The position numbers and the translations under genes are program-made. This document shows positions 18,677 through 27,572 of a DNA stretch of 34,362 nucleotides, one piece after another (the first letter of the stretch is position 1; every line of letters starts with the position of its first letter). Source of the stretch: a virus (taxonomy: Duplodnaviria; Caudoviricetes); the IMG/VR virus record IMGVR_UViG_3300025356_000005, positions 1 through 34,362 of that record; one strand, 5' to 3'. Under the pieces are notes generated by a model. It worked only from the letters and a program-made list of their open reading frames with translations, had not been told where the DNA came from and ran no database searches.

Positions 18677-19885
18677 TTACAGACCAGTCGAACTAGTGCT
18701 GCAAGGGAGCGGCGCACCATCAAATGGGCAACGCTTGAACAGAACAGGAACCACATTCTGCGGGCGAATCGGTTGGATCGCACGCTGGATCTGGTAGATG
18801 TGCTGTCCGAAGTCACCATAGAGGTTACAATCGTTGTCGCGGAAGTAAGTCCACTCCAGCTCACCCATAGCGAGTTGAGGAGCAAAGCGGAACGTACCCT
18901 CACCGACATAACTCTCAGGAATCAGACGCTTGAAAGCCTCGCCAGCGATGACGAAACCAACCTCGTAAGGAGCATTGACCCATGCAGGGTTACGGCGTTG
19001 AGCAAAACCGTTTGTGACGGCGGTGCTGACGATAGGATTCACAAGGACGAGATTGCCGGAGCCATCGAATCCAGTAGCGCGAAGGGGCTGCTGATCGATA
19101 CCGAAGGCAAAGCCACGATAACCTTGGAACTGATAACCAGCGATGCTGTCCTCACCGAGCTTGAAGCTACCAGCGGTGAGATAGAGCAGGTCTTCCTTAA
19201 CGTCCGCATCATTACGGATGTTTTCGATAGCGTCTGCGCCGAGCATCACTTGGAAGAACTCGCCTTCCTTAGAAGCAAAAGGCTCTGCAAGCATCTCTTC
19301 ACGAAGGAAGGTTCCGATGCGATACAGGGTCTTGAAGTTCAGAGGGCCATCTGGAAGGATAGCGGCGAACTTGGTGTTGATCTGCTGCATATCACCCGTG
19401 AGGTTGCTGTTGAAGCTCTGGGTGGTATTGACAACATACTTAACGCCGGACTGGATCAGGTACTGATAACGAATATCAGCATTGATGAGCTGGAGGATGG
19501 TCTTCTCAAGCGAAACCTGCGCTTGGAGGTACGAACCCTTGAAAGCGGTACGAGCCTGCTTCACGCAGACGCGAGGGCCAGCTCCACGAAGGGTCTGAAG
19601 GTTGAACTGATACTCCGTGCTACCCACAACGTCAGGAGTCGCGCCAACGCCGCAAAGCGTGGTGTCGTCAACGAACGTAGGAGCTGCAAGCGAAGCAGCA
19701 GGAACAGCCATTTCCTCAACGATGCTACGAACCGTGTCAGAGACATTCGGAAGCGTGCCACCATCGATGGAGTTAATATAAGGAGACTTGCGAGCAAGAA
19801 CCTTTGCGATCTGACCAATGATGCGGTTAACATCCTTGGAGGCAAAGTTCTGGATTGTGGCAAGTGGGATGCAATTATTCGACAT
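18677..19885 (-). CDS. Major capsid protein
   Basis: 402 aa with strongly biased, high-expression codon usage. Downstream of scaffold, preceded by a long leader and followed by a hairpin. Assignment rests on size, position and codon bias. Confidence 0.8.
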   Translation of the reverse strand: MSNNCIPLATIQNFASKDVNRIIGQIAKVLARKSPYINSIDGGTLPNVSDTVRSIVEEMAVPAASLAAPTFVDDTTLCGVGATPDVVGSTEYQFNLQTLRGAGPRVCVKQARTAFKGSYLQAQVSLEKTILQLINADIRYQYLIQSGVKYVVNTTQSFNSNLTGDMQQINTKFAAILPDGPLNFKTLYRIGTFLREEMLAEPFASKEGEFFQVMLGADAIENIRNDADVKEDLLYLTAGSFKLGEDSIAGYQFQGYRGFAFGIDQQPLRATGFDGSGNLVLVNPIVSTAVTNGFAQRRNPAWVNAPYEVGFVIAGEAFKRLIPESYVGEGTFRFAPQLAMGELEWTYFRDNDCNLYGDFGQHIYQIQRAIQPIRPQNVVPVLFKRCPFDGAPLPCSTSSTGL

Positions 19886-20094
19886 TTTGAGTTTTGGTTA
19901 GTTTCCCTGTATCCATCACAACCATTTGGAGGTGACAAACACAGGAGTACGGCAGTCGCGTGCGACTACGATACGAAGTTTGGGTTTGGTCACTCTCCGG
20001 CACGCTGAGAGCTTTGTTTGCGGCCTGTGCGGTGGATCTTGCGGCTCCCACCAGAGCCACCTTCATACGGAGAAGGCACACCGAGTTATGCGAA
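19886..20094 (-). promoter_or_regulatory. Structured ~200-nt 5' leader of the capsid gene
   Basis: Consecutive minus-strand hairpins (GCCTTC/GAAGGT, GGCTC/GAGCC, CTCTC/GAGAG, AGTCGC/GCGACT, 14-bp CCTGTGTTTGTCAC/GTGATGGATACAGG). Candidate promoter TTGACC-17-TAATAG at 20123-20095. Confidence 0.5.
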
Positions 20095-20097
20095 CTA

Positions 20098-20778
20098 TTA
20101 GCAATTACCTAATTGGTGGTCAACATTATTTTTAACATTAAGAAGATTTTCTTTCATTATCTTAATACGATATTCATTTGGAATTGTTGTCAGGTGAGCC
20201 AAAAAACAATTCTCATTCCAAGGAACAGCTATTTCACGCTCTTCGTTTACCCTGTATTTCTTTGCTATCTCTGGAACTGAATTAAGATAATTCCTTGGAA
20301 GCACATGAATAAGCTCAGGGTTGGAATCTAGTATAAAGTTTAATGTCCTCTGCTCTTGCTCTGAATGATCAAGGAACATCTTTGATCCAAACTGGACAAA
20401 CTCTTCATAGAGATCCTTTAGCTTGCTTGTATTGTATAAAACAAAGTTTCCGGCAGAGATTGTCGTGCAATCTATCCAGTCCAGAGATGCGCTGAACGGC
20501 TTGTCTGAGTCCCTGAAGTCATCGATCTCATAATTGAAATTGGTAATGAAAGCGTCTGCATCTATCCACATTACGGCATCGTAATCCCCGACATGATCAA
20601 ATGCGGCTATTGCCCTTTCAAATCCTAATCTCCTTCCAAACAATTGATGGTCATATCCAAGAGGGATAGATTTCAATTCGTACCCATGATATTTGCAGTA
20701 CGCAACTTTTGAAGGCATGGATGCACTTAGAACACTATACATTTCAGCACTAGATCCTGTAAGTAAAAGCGTTTTCAT
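20098..20778 (-). CDS. Glycosyltransferase, GT34 (GMA12/MNN10)-like
   Basis: K..YC..HGY, YDAVMWIDAD (DxD), ISAGNFV, EQ..L and FLAH motifs. Confidence 0.75.
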   Translation of the reverse strand: MKTLLLTGSSAEMYSVLSASMPSKVAYCKYHGYELKSIPLGYDHQLFGRRLGFERAIAAFDHVGDYDAVMWIDADAFITNFNYEIDDFRDSDKPFSASLDWIDCTTISAGNFVLYNTSKLKDLYEEFVQFGSKMFLDHSEQEQRTLNFILDSNPELIHVLPRNYLNSVPEIAKKYRVNEEREIAVPWNENCFLAHLTTIPNEYRIKIMKENLLNVKNNVDHQLGNC

Positions 20779-21497
20779 TTTGGAAGTTCTCCATTAAAGC
20801 TATACCAAGCACCTTCGTATTCAACAATGCTATTGGGAGCCGGAGTGAATACCTCTTGTATTAGAGGTTTTCTGAGTGCTGCGGCTATCCAAAACGAGCT
20901 AGATTGATTGCCAACAAATAGATCCGCACCTTGGATTGCCTTTGCAACATCTAGGCAGCTTTCTGTTGGGTAATACTCAATGTTTCCAATCTTTTCACAA
21001 AAGTCTTCGTACTCTTGTTTTGTCCCGCAAAACAAACTTTGCTTTCTATAGCGATCTAAAACCTTATCCCAACGGAAATTATGGTTTCTGTAGCGAGGTG
21101 TCCTGTTAAAAATAACACGCCCTTTTGTTAACACATCCGGCTCAACCTTTATCCAAGGCTCTGTTATCTCAAGATGTCCAGTTTTTCTCTGTACAATGTT
21201 AAGATACCTAGCTTGTGCATCAAGCAATGAAACATTATCTTCATAGCACTCGCGCCAAGGAGACATATCACAATCAATAGGCCCAACAGAGCAATCAAAA
21301 CATACATTAATCCCTTGGCTCTTGAGTAGCGGCTCAATGGAATCATATTTGAAACCCCGCATAGGAGCCATCCATGACTCGTCTTGTATTAGCAGCTTTG
21401 TGCCTCCTAGCCTCTGGTATGAAGGCAAGAAGGCAATGATGTCACCAATATGACCAGTATGCCTAAATACTTTTCCCTTCTGGAATGGATTTGTCAT
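20775..21497 (-). CDS. Glycosyltransferase, GT9 (heptosyltransferase RfaF/WaaF)-like GT-B fold
   Basis: G.IGD...LP N-terminus and L.....I..ADLFVGNQSS...IAAAL..P C-terminal motif. Confidence 0.75.
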   Translation of the reverse strand: MTNPFQKGKVFRHTGHIGDIIAFLPSYQRLGGTKLLIQDESWMAPMRGFKYDSIEPLLKSQGINVCFDCSVGPIDCDMSPWRECYEDNVSLLDAQARYLNIVQRKTGHLEITEPWIKVEPDVLTKGRVIFNRTPRYRNHNFRWDKVLDRYRKQSLFCGTKQEYEDFCEKIGNIEYYPTESCLDVAKAIQGADLFVGNQSSSFWIAAALRKPLIQEVFTPAPNSIVEYEGAWYSFNGELPK

Positions 21498-22086
21498 CCT
21501 TTGGTGTTACCAGATCCCTCATGATGTCGGAACGCTTTTCTTCTGGAGAAGATTTGGCGTGATGTAGCAAAGGTAGGACTGGATACAGGTCGCTATTCAC
21601 TCCAAGAATAGTAGCTTCTTCACGCACATGATCTCCATCAAGCAGGTCATCCTGAATGAATTTCTTGATCACATTAACGCAATGATCCTGAGTGGCGTAG
21701 AAGACATAAGCAGGGACGCTGGCGTTGATTTGGAGAGTCGCATCTTTCTCGTATTCAGTTGCCTGTTCAGGTTTGAAATCAAGATTGGCGACATCGTAAT
21801 CAGACATCCATCCGCCTCCGGCGGCGTGCAAGGCACACCAGCGTGAGAAACGGGATGTGATCCATTGAACCCTAGACCTGAGAGTTTCAGGAATTCCTAG
21901 TGCCTGCTTGGTGAGTTTTGCCTGCAATTTCAAGTACAGCGGACTGCCTTGAGCGTGTGAGCGGTTAAGCATGACAGGCTCCCATCCATTGGCAGTCCAG
22001 CTATGCTTCCAGTAGTTGGCGCAATTAAACTCCTCCGGCTGGTTGGCTAGAGGGATTGATTCGTAATATGCGTATATTTTTTTCAT
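21463..22086 (-). CDS. Glycosyltransferase, GT32/OCH1-like DxD family
   Basis: SW...GW and R..AL...GG.WMSDYD motif, matching the R...L...GG.Y.DxD signature. Confidence 0.6.
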   Translation of the reverse strand: MKKIYAYYESIPLANQPEEFNCANYWKHSWTANGWEPVMLNRSHAQGSPLYLKLQAKLTKQALGIPETLRSRVQWITSRFSRWCALHAAGGGWMSDYDVANLDFKPEQATEYEKDATLQINASVPAYVFYATQDHCVNVIKKFIQDDLLDGDHVREEATILGVNSDLYPVLPLLHHAKSSPEEKRSDIMRDLVTPKDDKSIPEGKSI

Positions 22087-23156
22087 TAGTATGTTTTGTA
22101 TCCAACGTGGAAGACTGGCAGTCCCAAGTCTAGGTGTGACTGGTGTCCGGCTTCCTTTGCACGTTTGCAGAAAGAAACATCTTCCCCGTGTGCGCTGTCA
22201 AATGGCCTAAAGTAATCGTAGTCGTAGTCAGGCACATCAATTTTTAGCGAGTCACCAAACTTGGCGCGGATGTCCTCAAACACCTTGCGGTGGATTAGGA
22301 TGCAACCTGTTCCTACCCAATCGACCTCAACAACCTTGTCCTCATACGCACGGGCGCGAGGAGCTAGTGTCTGATCGCTTGCCATCAATGCTCCTCCTTC
22401 CTGCCTACCGAAGTAGGAAGCTCCTACAAGCGTTTTTCCTGCTCCAACTAGGCGATGAAGCACATGACGCTGGAGAGGAAGGTCTGCGAGGCTCCTAGCG
22501 GCCTGTACCCAGTACCTAAACCATGCTGGTCGTCCGATACATGGAATAATGTCGTCATCGATCATCATCAGCCACTTGGCATTGGTTTCAAGGAACTTGT
22601 GTGCCAGCCTGTTACGAGCGTGTTCAATCTTGCTGTCTCCGATAGCCATGTCGAAGCGGATCTTATCCCGCCCGAAATCTAATGCCATAGCGACCTGACA
22701 AGCCGCTGTGACAGGATTGCTAGACTTGTACCAAGGCCAGCCAACAAAGATGTCGCGACCAGCAAACTCACAGCGATATGAAGGAAGCCCTTCAGTTGAT
22801 CTACTCTCATGGATTGGATTTTCAAATACTGGTGCTGGAGTTTCTGCAAGTGCCTTGGGTTTTCTTCCGCGCTTTGGCTTTTCTCCATACTGCTTGTCTT
22901 CCTCTCGCAAATTATCCAAAACCTTATCCAGTACCTTATTTTCTTCAGGAGTAGTTTCACGAATTTGAATTTCTGGTTCTGGCTCTGGTTTTAATTCCTG
23001 TGAATTCGCGGGAATTACAAGCCCAACGACAGGCTGAACAGGCTTTCCATCAAGTCGTTTTGGAGGAGGGATAGGTGTCTGGAATGGATCAAATGATTCC
23101 AGAGCGCGGTTTGTCCTCTCCACCATCGGAGTGCTAATCGGATCTTGTGGAGTCAT
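22086..23156 (-). CDS. Glycosyltransferase, GT2-like (GT-A) with ~125-aa disordered N-terminal extension
   Basis: ARN.L...FL, WLMMIDDD, VGTGCILIHR.VF and GEDVSFC.RA...G motifs. Confidence 0.8.
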   Translation of the reverse strand: MTPQDPISTPMVERTNRALESFDPFQTPIPPPKRLDGKPVQPVVGLVIPANSQELKPEPEPEIQIRETTPEENKVLDKVLDNLREEDKQYGEKPKRGRKPKALAETPAPVFENPIHESRSTEGLPSYRCEFAGRDIFVGWPWYKSSNPVTAACQVAMALDFGRDKIRFDMAIGDSKIEHARNRLAHKFLETNAKWLMMIDDDIIPCIGRPAWFRYWVQAARSLADLPLQRHVLHRLVGAGKTLVGASYFGRQEGGALMASDQTLAPRARAYEDKVVEVDWVGTGCILIHRKVFEDIRAKFGDSLKIDVPDYDYDYFRPFDSAHGEDVSFCKRAKEAGHQSHLDLGLPVFHVGYKTY

Positions 23157-23158
23157 GG

Positions 23159-24469
23159 TTATTCTCCGGCCTCGTCCAGACCAAGATCAATGGCATCGCT
23201 GGCAGACATCTTGATTCGGGAGTTAAGATCGTTGTTCTTGATAGAAGACGGTGTACTGACGTTCTGCTTTGGCATCTTGCCGGATGCTTTCAGCTTGCTG
23301 TTCTCGTTAGCTAGTCGCTCCAATTCAGCCTGTAGCTGTGCCTTGGCCTGCTGTTCATGCCTTAGTTGACCAGTAAGCTGATGACTAAGTACGGCAGCGG
23401 CGGCTACGGCGGCACGATCCTCGGCAGTCTGGGGCCAGAGTGCGCTGTTAAACTTCTGTTGGAGATCAGCAACTACATTGTTGTGTTCCTTGATCCTATC
23501 AATCTGTTCAGGAGTCTCATCACCCTTGAACTGCTGGTATCTTGCCCAAGGGACTTCCTTGGTGATGTTTTCCACATAGTCATGAATCTGTGTGGTTTCT
23601 TTCTGATACCATTCTTGTGACTGGTTCTGACGCTGTGCAAGGATCTCCTCTGCGTGTTCAGCGGCATGAGCGATCTCTCCCTCCTGCTTTTCTTTAAGGT
23701 CGGTGACATCAATCAATCCGCGCTTAATACGCTCCTGATCGGTCATGGGTAGCTTAGAAAGAGTTTGCTGCCACCACTTGTCGTCAATCTTGTCCGGCCC
23801 TCCAGCCTTTTCAATGGATGAGATTACCTCATCTGTAGCACCATGCTTTTTCATGGTGTTGTAGATCGTCTGCTTCGCGCTTTCGATTGGCTGAGTGTAC
23901 TTGCTCTGGAACTCAGGATCGTTCTTGATGTCAAAGATCTGCTTGAACTTCTTCAGCTCCTCGTAGTCTTGAGGAGTCTGTGCCGGACGCTGTTCGGCCT
24001 CGGCAAGCCTCTGCTTTAGGACTTCGGCTTCTGCCGCTTGCTTTTTGTAGAGGGAGGCAGTTTCTTGGAGTTTTTTCCAGTTGTTTTGGTTTTTCTCTGA
24101 GAGGTTCCTCGGCTGTTCGATGGCGAGGATTTCTGGGTCGATTTCGACTTCGGGCTTACGAACGCTTTCGGTGTTTGTAGAGGAGGCAGGGTCTGCGGAA
24201 GCAGGTTCGGCAGCACGTTCGCTGGATGATTCCACAGGTGCTTGCGGAGTTTCGTCGCCAAGGTTTTCAAGAGTTGAATTATCTTCATGTGTTTGTGTTG
24301 GTTCGGGTGTCGGTTCGGTTGATACACCAGTCTCGCGTTCCGCTTCATCAAGGAGCGAATCGATTGACTCGTGTGTTGCTGGGCTGATCGGGTCAGCGTT
24401 TAGGTTTTCTGCTCCACCATCTGGGTTAGCAGCGGTGATTTCGGGTACTTGGTTTTCTGTGTCTTCCAT
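23159..24469 (-). CDS. Capsid scaffolding protein
   Basis: Acidic disordered N-terminus, coiled coils, position between portal and capsid genes. Confidence 0.65.
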   Translation of the reverse strand: MEDTENQVPEITAANPDGGAENLNADPISPATHESIDSLLDEAERETGVSTEPTPEPTQTHEDNSTLENLGDETPQAPVESSSERAAEPASADPASSTNTESVRKPEVEIDPEILAIEQPRNLSEKNQNNWKKLQETASLYKKQAAEAEVLKQRLAEAEQRPAQTPQDYEELKKFKQIFDIKNDPEFQSKYTQPIESAKQTIYNTMKKHGATDEVISSIEKAGGPDKIDDKWWQQTLSKLPMTDQERIKRGLIDVTDLKEKQEGEIAHAAEHAEEILAQRQNQSQEWYQKETTQIHDYVENITKEVPWARYQQFKGDETPEQIDRIKEHNNVVADLQQKFNSALWPQTAEDRAAVAAAAVLSHQLTGQLRHEQQAKAQLQAELERLANENSKLKASGKMPKQNVSTPSSIKNNDLNSRIKMSASDAIDLGLDEAGE

Positions 24470-24472
24470 AGA

Positions 24473-24712
24473 TTACATCGATGCGAACGAACCACTTGAC
24501 GCATCGTCGGCCTTGTTATCATCTGCGAGAATGTCGTCAATCTGACGCAGCACAAACTCACAGCCTTCCTTAAATTTTGCTTCAAGAGCAACGCTCTCGA
24601 TTGTCTTTCCTGTTGTATTAGGAACTTGAGCCTTCAAAAAGGCCAATAGCTTACCTCCACTCTTTTGGTGGTACTCGCGAAAACGCGACGAATCAGATTG
24701 TTCCCATTTCAT
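24473..24712 (-). CDS. Small conserved head-module protein (Bbp19-like position)
   Basis: Start moved to ATG 24712 (MKWEQ); GGKLL..L...A.FKEG...V...I pattern typical of the gene between portal and scaffold. Confidence 0.55.
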   Translation of the reverse strand: MKWEQSDSSRFREYHQKSGGKLLAFLKAQVPNTTGKTIESVALEAKFKEGCEFVLRQIDDILADDNKADDASSGSFASM

Positions 24713-24718
24713 AATTAA

Positions 24719-24772
24719 TGATTTATATGTAAAGACTTTGCCGATAATTCGGAAAGTTGATTTATATGTCAA
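24719..24772. repeat. Pair of 15-bp direct repeats enclosing an imperfect palindrome
   Basis: TGATTTATATGT[A/C]AA at 24719-24733 and 24758-24772; ACTTT(G)CCGA-TAAT-TCGGAAAGT at 24735-24757. Confidence 0.8.
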
Positions 24773-24786
24773 TAGTTAATTAATCA

Positions 24787-25143
24787 TTACCTAAGTCCTG
24801 ACTCAATAGCTTGCTGAGATGAAAGCAATGATGTGCTTGCATCACGACCAAAAGCATTAGGGTTCATAGCAGATGAGATTTTGTTCTTTGCCATGTTAAA
24901 CAACTCTTTGCCTGCACCAATGATTTCTTGGTCAATGTCATCCGACATTCCCTGTTTCTCAAGGCGAGCATAAGTTGCGGCCTCCTGTGCTTTTTCGGCT
25001 GGAGTCAGAGGAGCTGGAATTTTTTCCTTGTATGCTGGAAAATATGTTTCTTTCTTCAACTCAGGAAGATTAAGAGGTTCCACACGCTTCATCATGGTAG
25101 CGGTTTCGTAGCGAGGCTCGGTTTGTGTAGGTGATCCACCCAT
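24787..25143 (-). CDS. Hypothetical, probably virion-associated protein (MGGSP start, AIESGLR end)
   Basis: 118 aa directly after the portal gene. Confidence 0.65.
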   Translation of the reverse strand: MGGSPTQTEPRYETATMMKRVEPLNLPELKKETYFPAYKEKIPAPLTPAEKAQEAATYARLEKQGMSDDIDQEIIGAGKELFNMAKNKISSAMNPNAFGRDASTSLLSSQQAIESGLR

Positions 25144-25162
25144 AATAGTAGTTGGTTGTTTG

Positions 25163-27571
25163 TTAGGCTGCGGTTATTGGACGAGGAGGGTTAGCGATTG
25201 AGCTAACTGATCCAGATTGGTCTGGAGTTGTTGCGGCGTACTGTTGCTGAATTAGCTTTTGCTGTGCAACGCTAGGAGCGCGATGGCCTCCGGCATGGTG
25301 AGCATGAGCTGCGGCAGGTGCAATCTCTGGAGGAGGTGGCGTTCCATGTCCCGCAGTAAGGTGTGCGTGTGCGTCTCTATAAGCCTTCTTAAACGGCTCT
25401 AGCTGCTTCGGATTCGCGCCTTTCTTGCCTGCCGCATCAATGTGACCAGCGAAGTGCTGCATGGCCTTTGCAAGCGGTGCTGCGCCCTCTGGAGGCAGTC
25501 CTCCAGCCGGAATAGCCTGCACTACTGGCATTAGCTTCTGAACCATCGTCTGCAAGTGAATCATGTCATTGTCGCGTGCCGATACAGGAACCTCCTGACC
25601 AGCCATGATACTCTGAAGCTCAATGATCTGCTGGCGGGTAGCCTCAACAGCAAGTGCCTCAACCTGATCTTTCGGAAGAATGACACTATTGGCTACGTTC
25701 TCACCTAGCTTCTTACTCCAGTCCAATTTGATCAGCTCGTCCTGATTGATGTTCGGGTTGCCCGTATAACGCATGATCAGGTTATCAAGGATCATGTCAT
25801 CCTGCGGAGTTGTATCCTGCAAGAGTTGGCTTGCTGGGCTATATGCCATGAGAAGGATGTCGGAAGGAGGGCAGTTGCGCTCCATCATGTTCAAGCAGGC
25901 TGATACTGCGTCCTCATCCAAGTGAGGAGGGATCTCAAATGGAACCATGAATGCCGGAAGCTCCATGCTAGAACGATCAAATGCATCGACAACTTCGGCC
26001 TTCGCCCAGACTGCATTAGGCTCCTGCTGACGAACAATATCCAACTTCATCTTGAGAGTAGACGCTGCCTTGATGTGTTCAGGGTGGCAGATACCACGTT
26101 GCATACGCTCTACGGCCTGTGAAAACTGCCGTGAGAACCGCATAAGAATTCCCTCGCGTAGCTGATTTTCGATTGCAGCCACACGATTGACCTCACTTGC
26201 TGTCTTCTTTCCAGAGGATTGAAGCGGCGCGGTAGGAAGGAATGTTCCAACCTGTACCTCAGCCAGTTGGCTAATGAATTGATCAAGCTGGAGAAAGTCT
26301 TGGACATCGGCAGGTAGCTGTTGTGGGATGACTTCATAGCCTTCGGAAACGTAGCACACGGGGTGCGTCACGGTCAGCGGTGCAACTCCCACCTTTGCAT
26401 TCGGCCCCTTCTTTAGCAAAAGCATTCCCTTTAGGTAGGTATTATCGATAACAAGGTTACGAGCCTTCTCTACGGCAACGTGCGTATTATACAGATCGCG
26501 TCCTGCTCCACGGCTGGACATCAGATTGCCAGATCCAATCTCTACGGAGAACAATGCCAAGCACTCGGTCATCTTATTGTAGCGATCCACCTGCGTGCAG
26601 ATCTCTTCGCCGGACTTGTCGTCAAACAAGAACCTGCTAATCTTTCCATGTGGCTCTCTCACTAGGATCTCGCCTAGTTCGACGTATTTCGCGTCATTTT
26701 CGTAGCTGGCTCCATAGCTTCCTTCCCGAATCCAGTCTTCATATCGCCTTGCGTCATCGTCGGCATCAAGAGTCCTGCCAGCCGGAATAGCCGCATTGAT
26801 GCTCTTGACGAGGTTATTGATATGCCATCCGGCAGCGGCAGAAAGATCAGGAGTCTCTAATACTGGTAGAAGCTCTGCTATCTGATACCTACGCTTCCTC
26901 GCCCAGATAGGAGTCTGGTCAGTCACCTGCGGGGTTTCGATGCTGAAAAAGGTATAGTCTTGGCGAAGGAATTCAGGCTTCCAGTCGCGCAAGTCATCCC
27001 AAGTCAATCCGCAGAATCCAAAGGTAGTATTCTCATGGACTACTTGAGCAACAAGATCATCAAATCCCTTCCAGCCTCGGATGCACTTGGTAATCTCCTC
27101 GCGGAAGATCTTTGTCTTGTTGTCGGCATCTAGGCTTTCAATAGGGTAGGCGGCGAAAGTAAGCGTAGGAGAATTCTCTATAACCTGCCGGAAAGGTGGC
27201 TGGATACGGCTGATCATCGTGCTAATGAATCCCGTAGGGCGATTAGAACGCCAGCTCTGACCCATGCTCTCTAGTTTTTTGTTCTGATAGGGAGGCTCGT
27301 TGTTGAGCTTCTTCTGGATAAGCTGATTTTTCTTGTTGCGCTCGACATTCTGCTGCTTGAGGCGGCGGTATGCTGCGTGTGCCTGCGTAGCGTCCTTGAA
27401 TGTCCTGCGTACTTGAAGCGTATCCTTGTTAACCGTGTCCAAGCTCCCGTTGTCAGGGTTGACCACATCCAGTTCCAAGATCCTCGGCTTGTCATGTGCG
27501 TCAGCAACGCGAGGTGCGTGAGGCGCGAATGTGTCTGTGATCCTTGGAGGTAGTGGTTTTAGGTTTGCCAT
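25163..27571 (-). CDS. Portal (head-tail connector) protein
   Basis: 802 aa downstream of the terminase; KKTASEV.....motif and long helical C-terminal region with D....H motif, as in P22/N4-like portals. Confidence 0.75.
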   Translation of the reverse strand: MANLKPLPPRITDTFAPHAPRVADAHDKPRILELDVVNPDNGSLDTVNKDTLQVRRTFKDATQAHAAYRRLKQQNVERNKKNQLIQKKLNNEPPYQNKKLESMGQSWRSNRPTGFISTMISRIQPPFRQVIENSPTLTFAAYPIESLDADNKTKIFREEITKCIRGWKGFDDLVAQVVHENTTFGFCGLTWDDLRDWKPEFLRQDYTFFSIETPQVTDQTPIWARKRRYQIAELLPVLETPDLSAAAGWHINNLVKSINAAIPAGRTLDADDDARRYEDWIREGSYGASYENDAKYVELGEILVREPHGKISRFLFDDKSGEEICTQVDRYNKMTECLALFSVEIGSGNLMSSRGAGRDLYNTHVAVEKARNLVIDNTYLKGMLLLKKGPNAKVGVAPLTVTHPVCYVSEGYEVIPQQLPADVQDFLQLDQFISQLAEVQVGTFLPTAPLQSSGKKTASEVNRVAAIENQLREGILMRFSRQFSQAVERMQRGICHPEHIKAASTLKMKLDIVRQQEPNAVWAKAEVVDAFDRSSMELPAFMVPFEIPPHLDEDAVSACLNMMERNCPPSDILLMAYSPASQLLQDTTPQDDMILDNLIMRYTGNPNINQDELIKLDWSKKLGENVANSVILPKDQVEALAVEATRQQIIELQSIMAGQEVPVSARDNDMIHLQTMVQKLMPVVQAIPAGGLPPEGAAPLAKAMQHFAGHIDAAGKKGANPKQLEPFKKAYRDAHAHLTAGHGTPPPPEIAPAAAHAHHAGGHRAPSVAQQKLIQQQYAATTPDQSGSVSSIANPPRPITAA

Positions 27572-27572
27572 A

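Noticed and set aside
18773-20008. 411-aa plus-strand ORF antisense to the capsid gene
   Set aside because: It is in codon-to-codon register with the capsid gene, so it stays open simply because the highly expressed gene avoids TTA/CTA/TCA codons. No recognisable motifs.
24719-24772. Mini-CRISPR array
   Set aside because: Only two 15-bp repeats, the spacer rather than the repeat is palindromic, and no cas genes are present.
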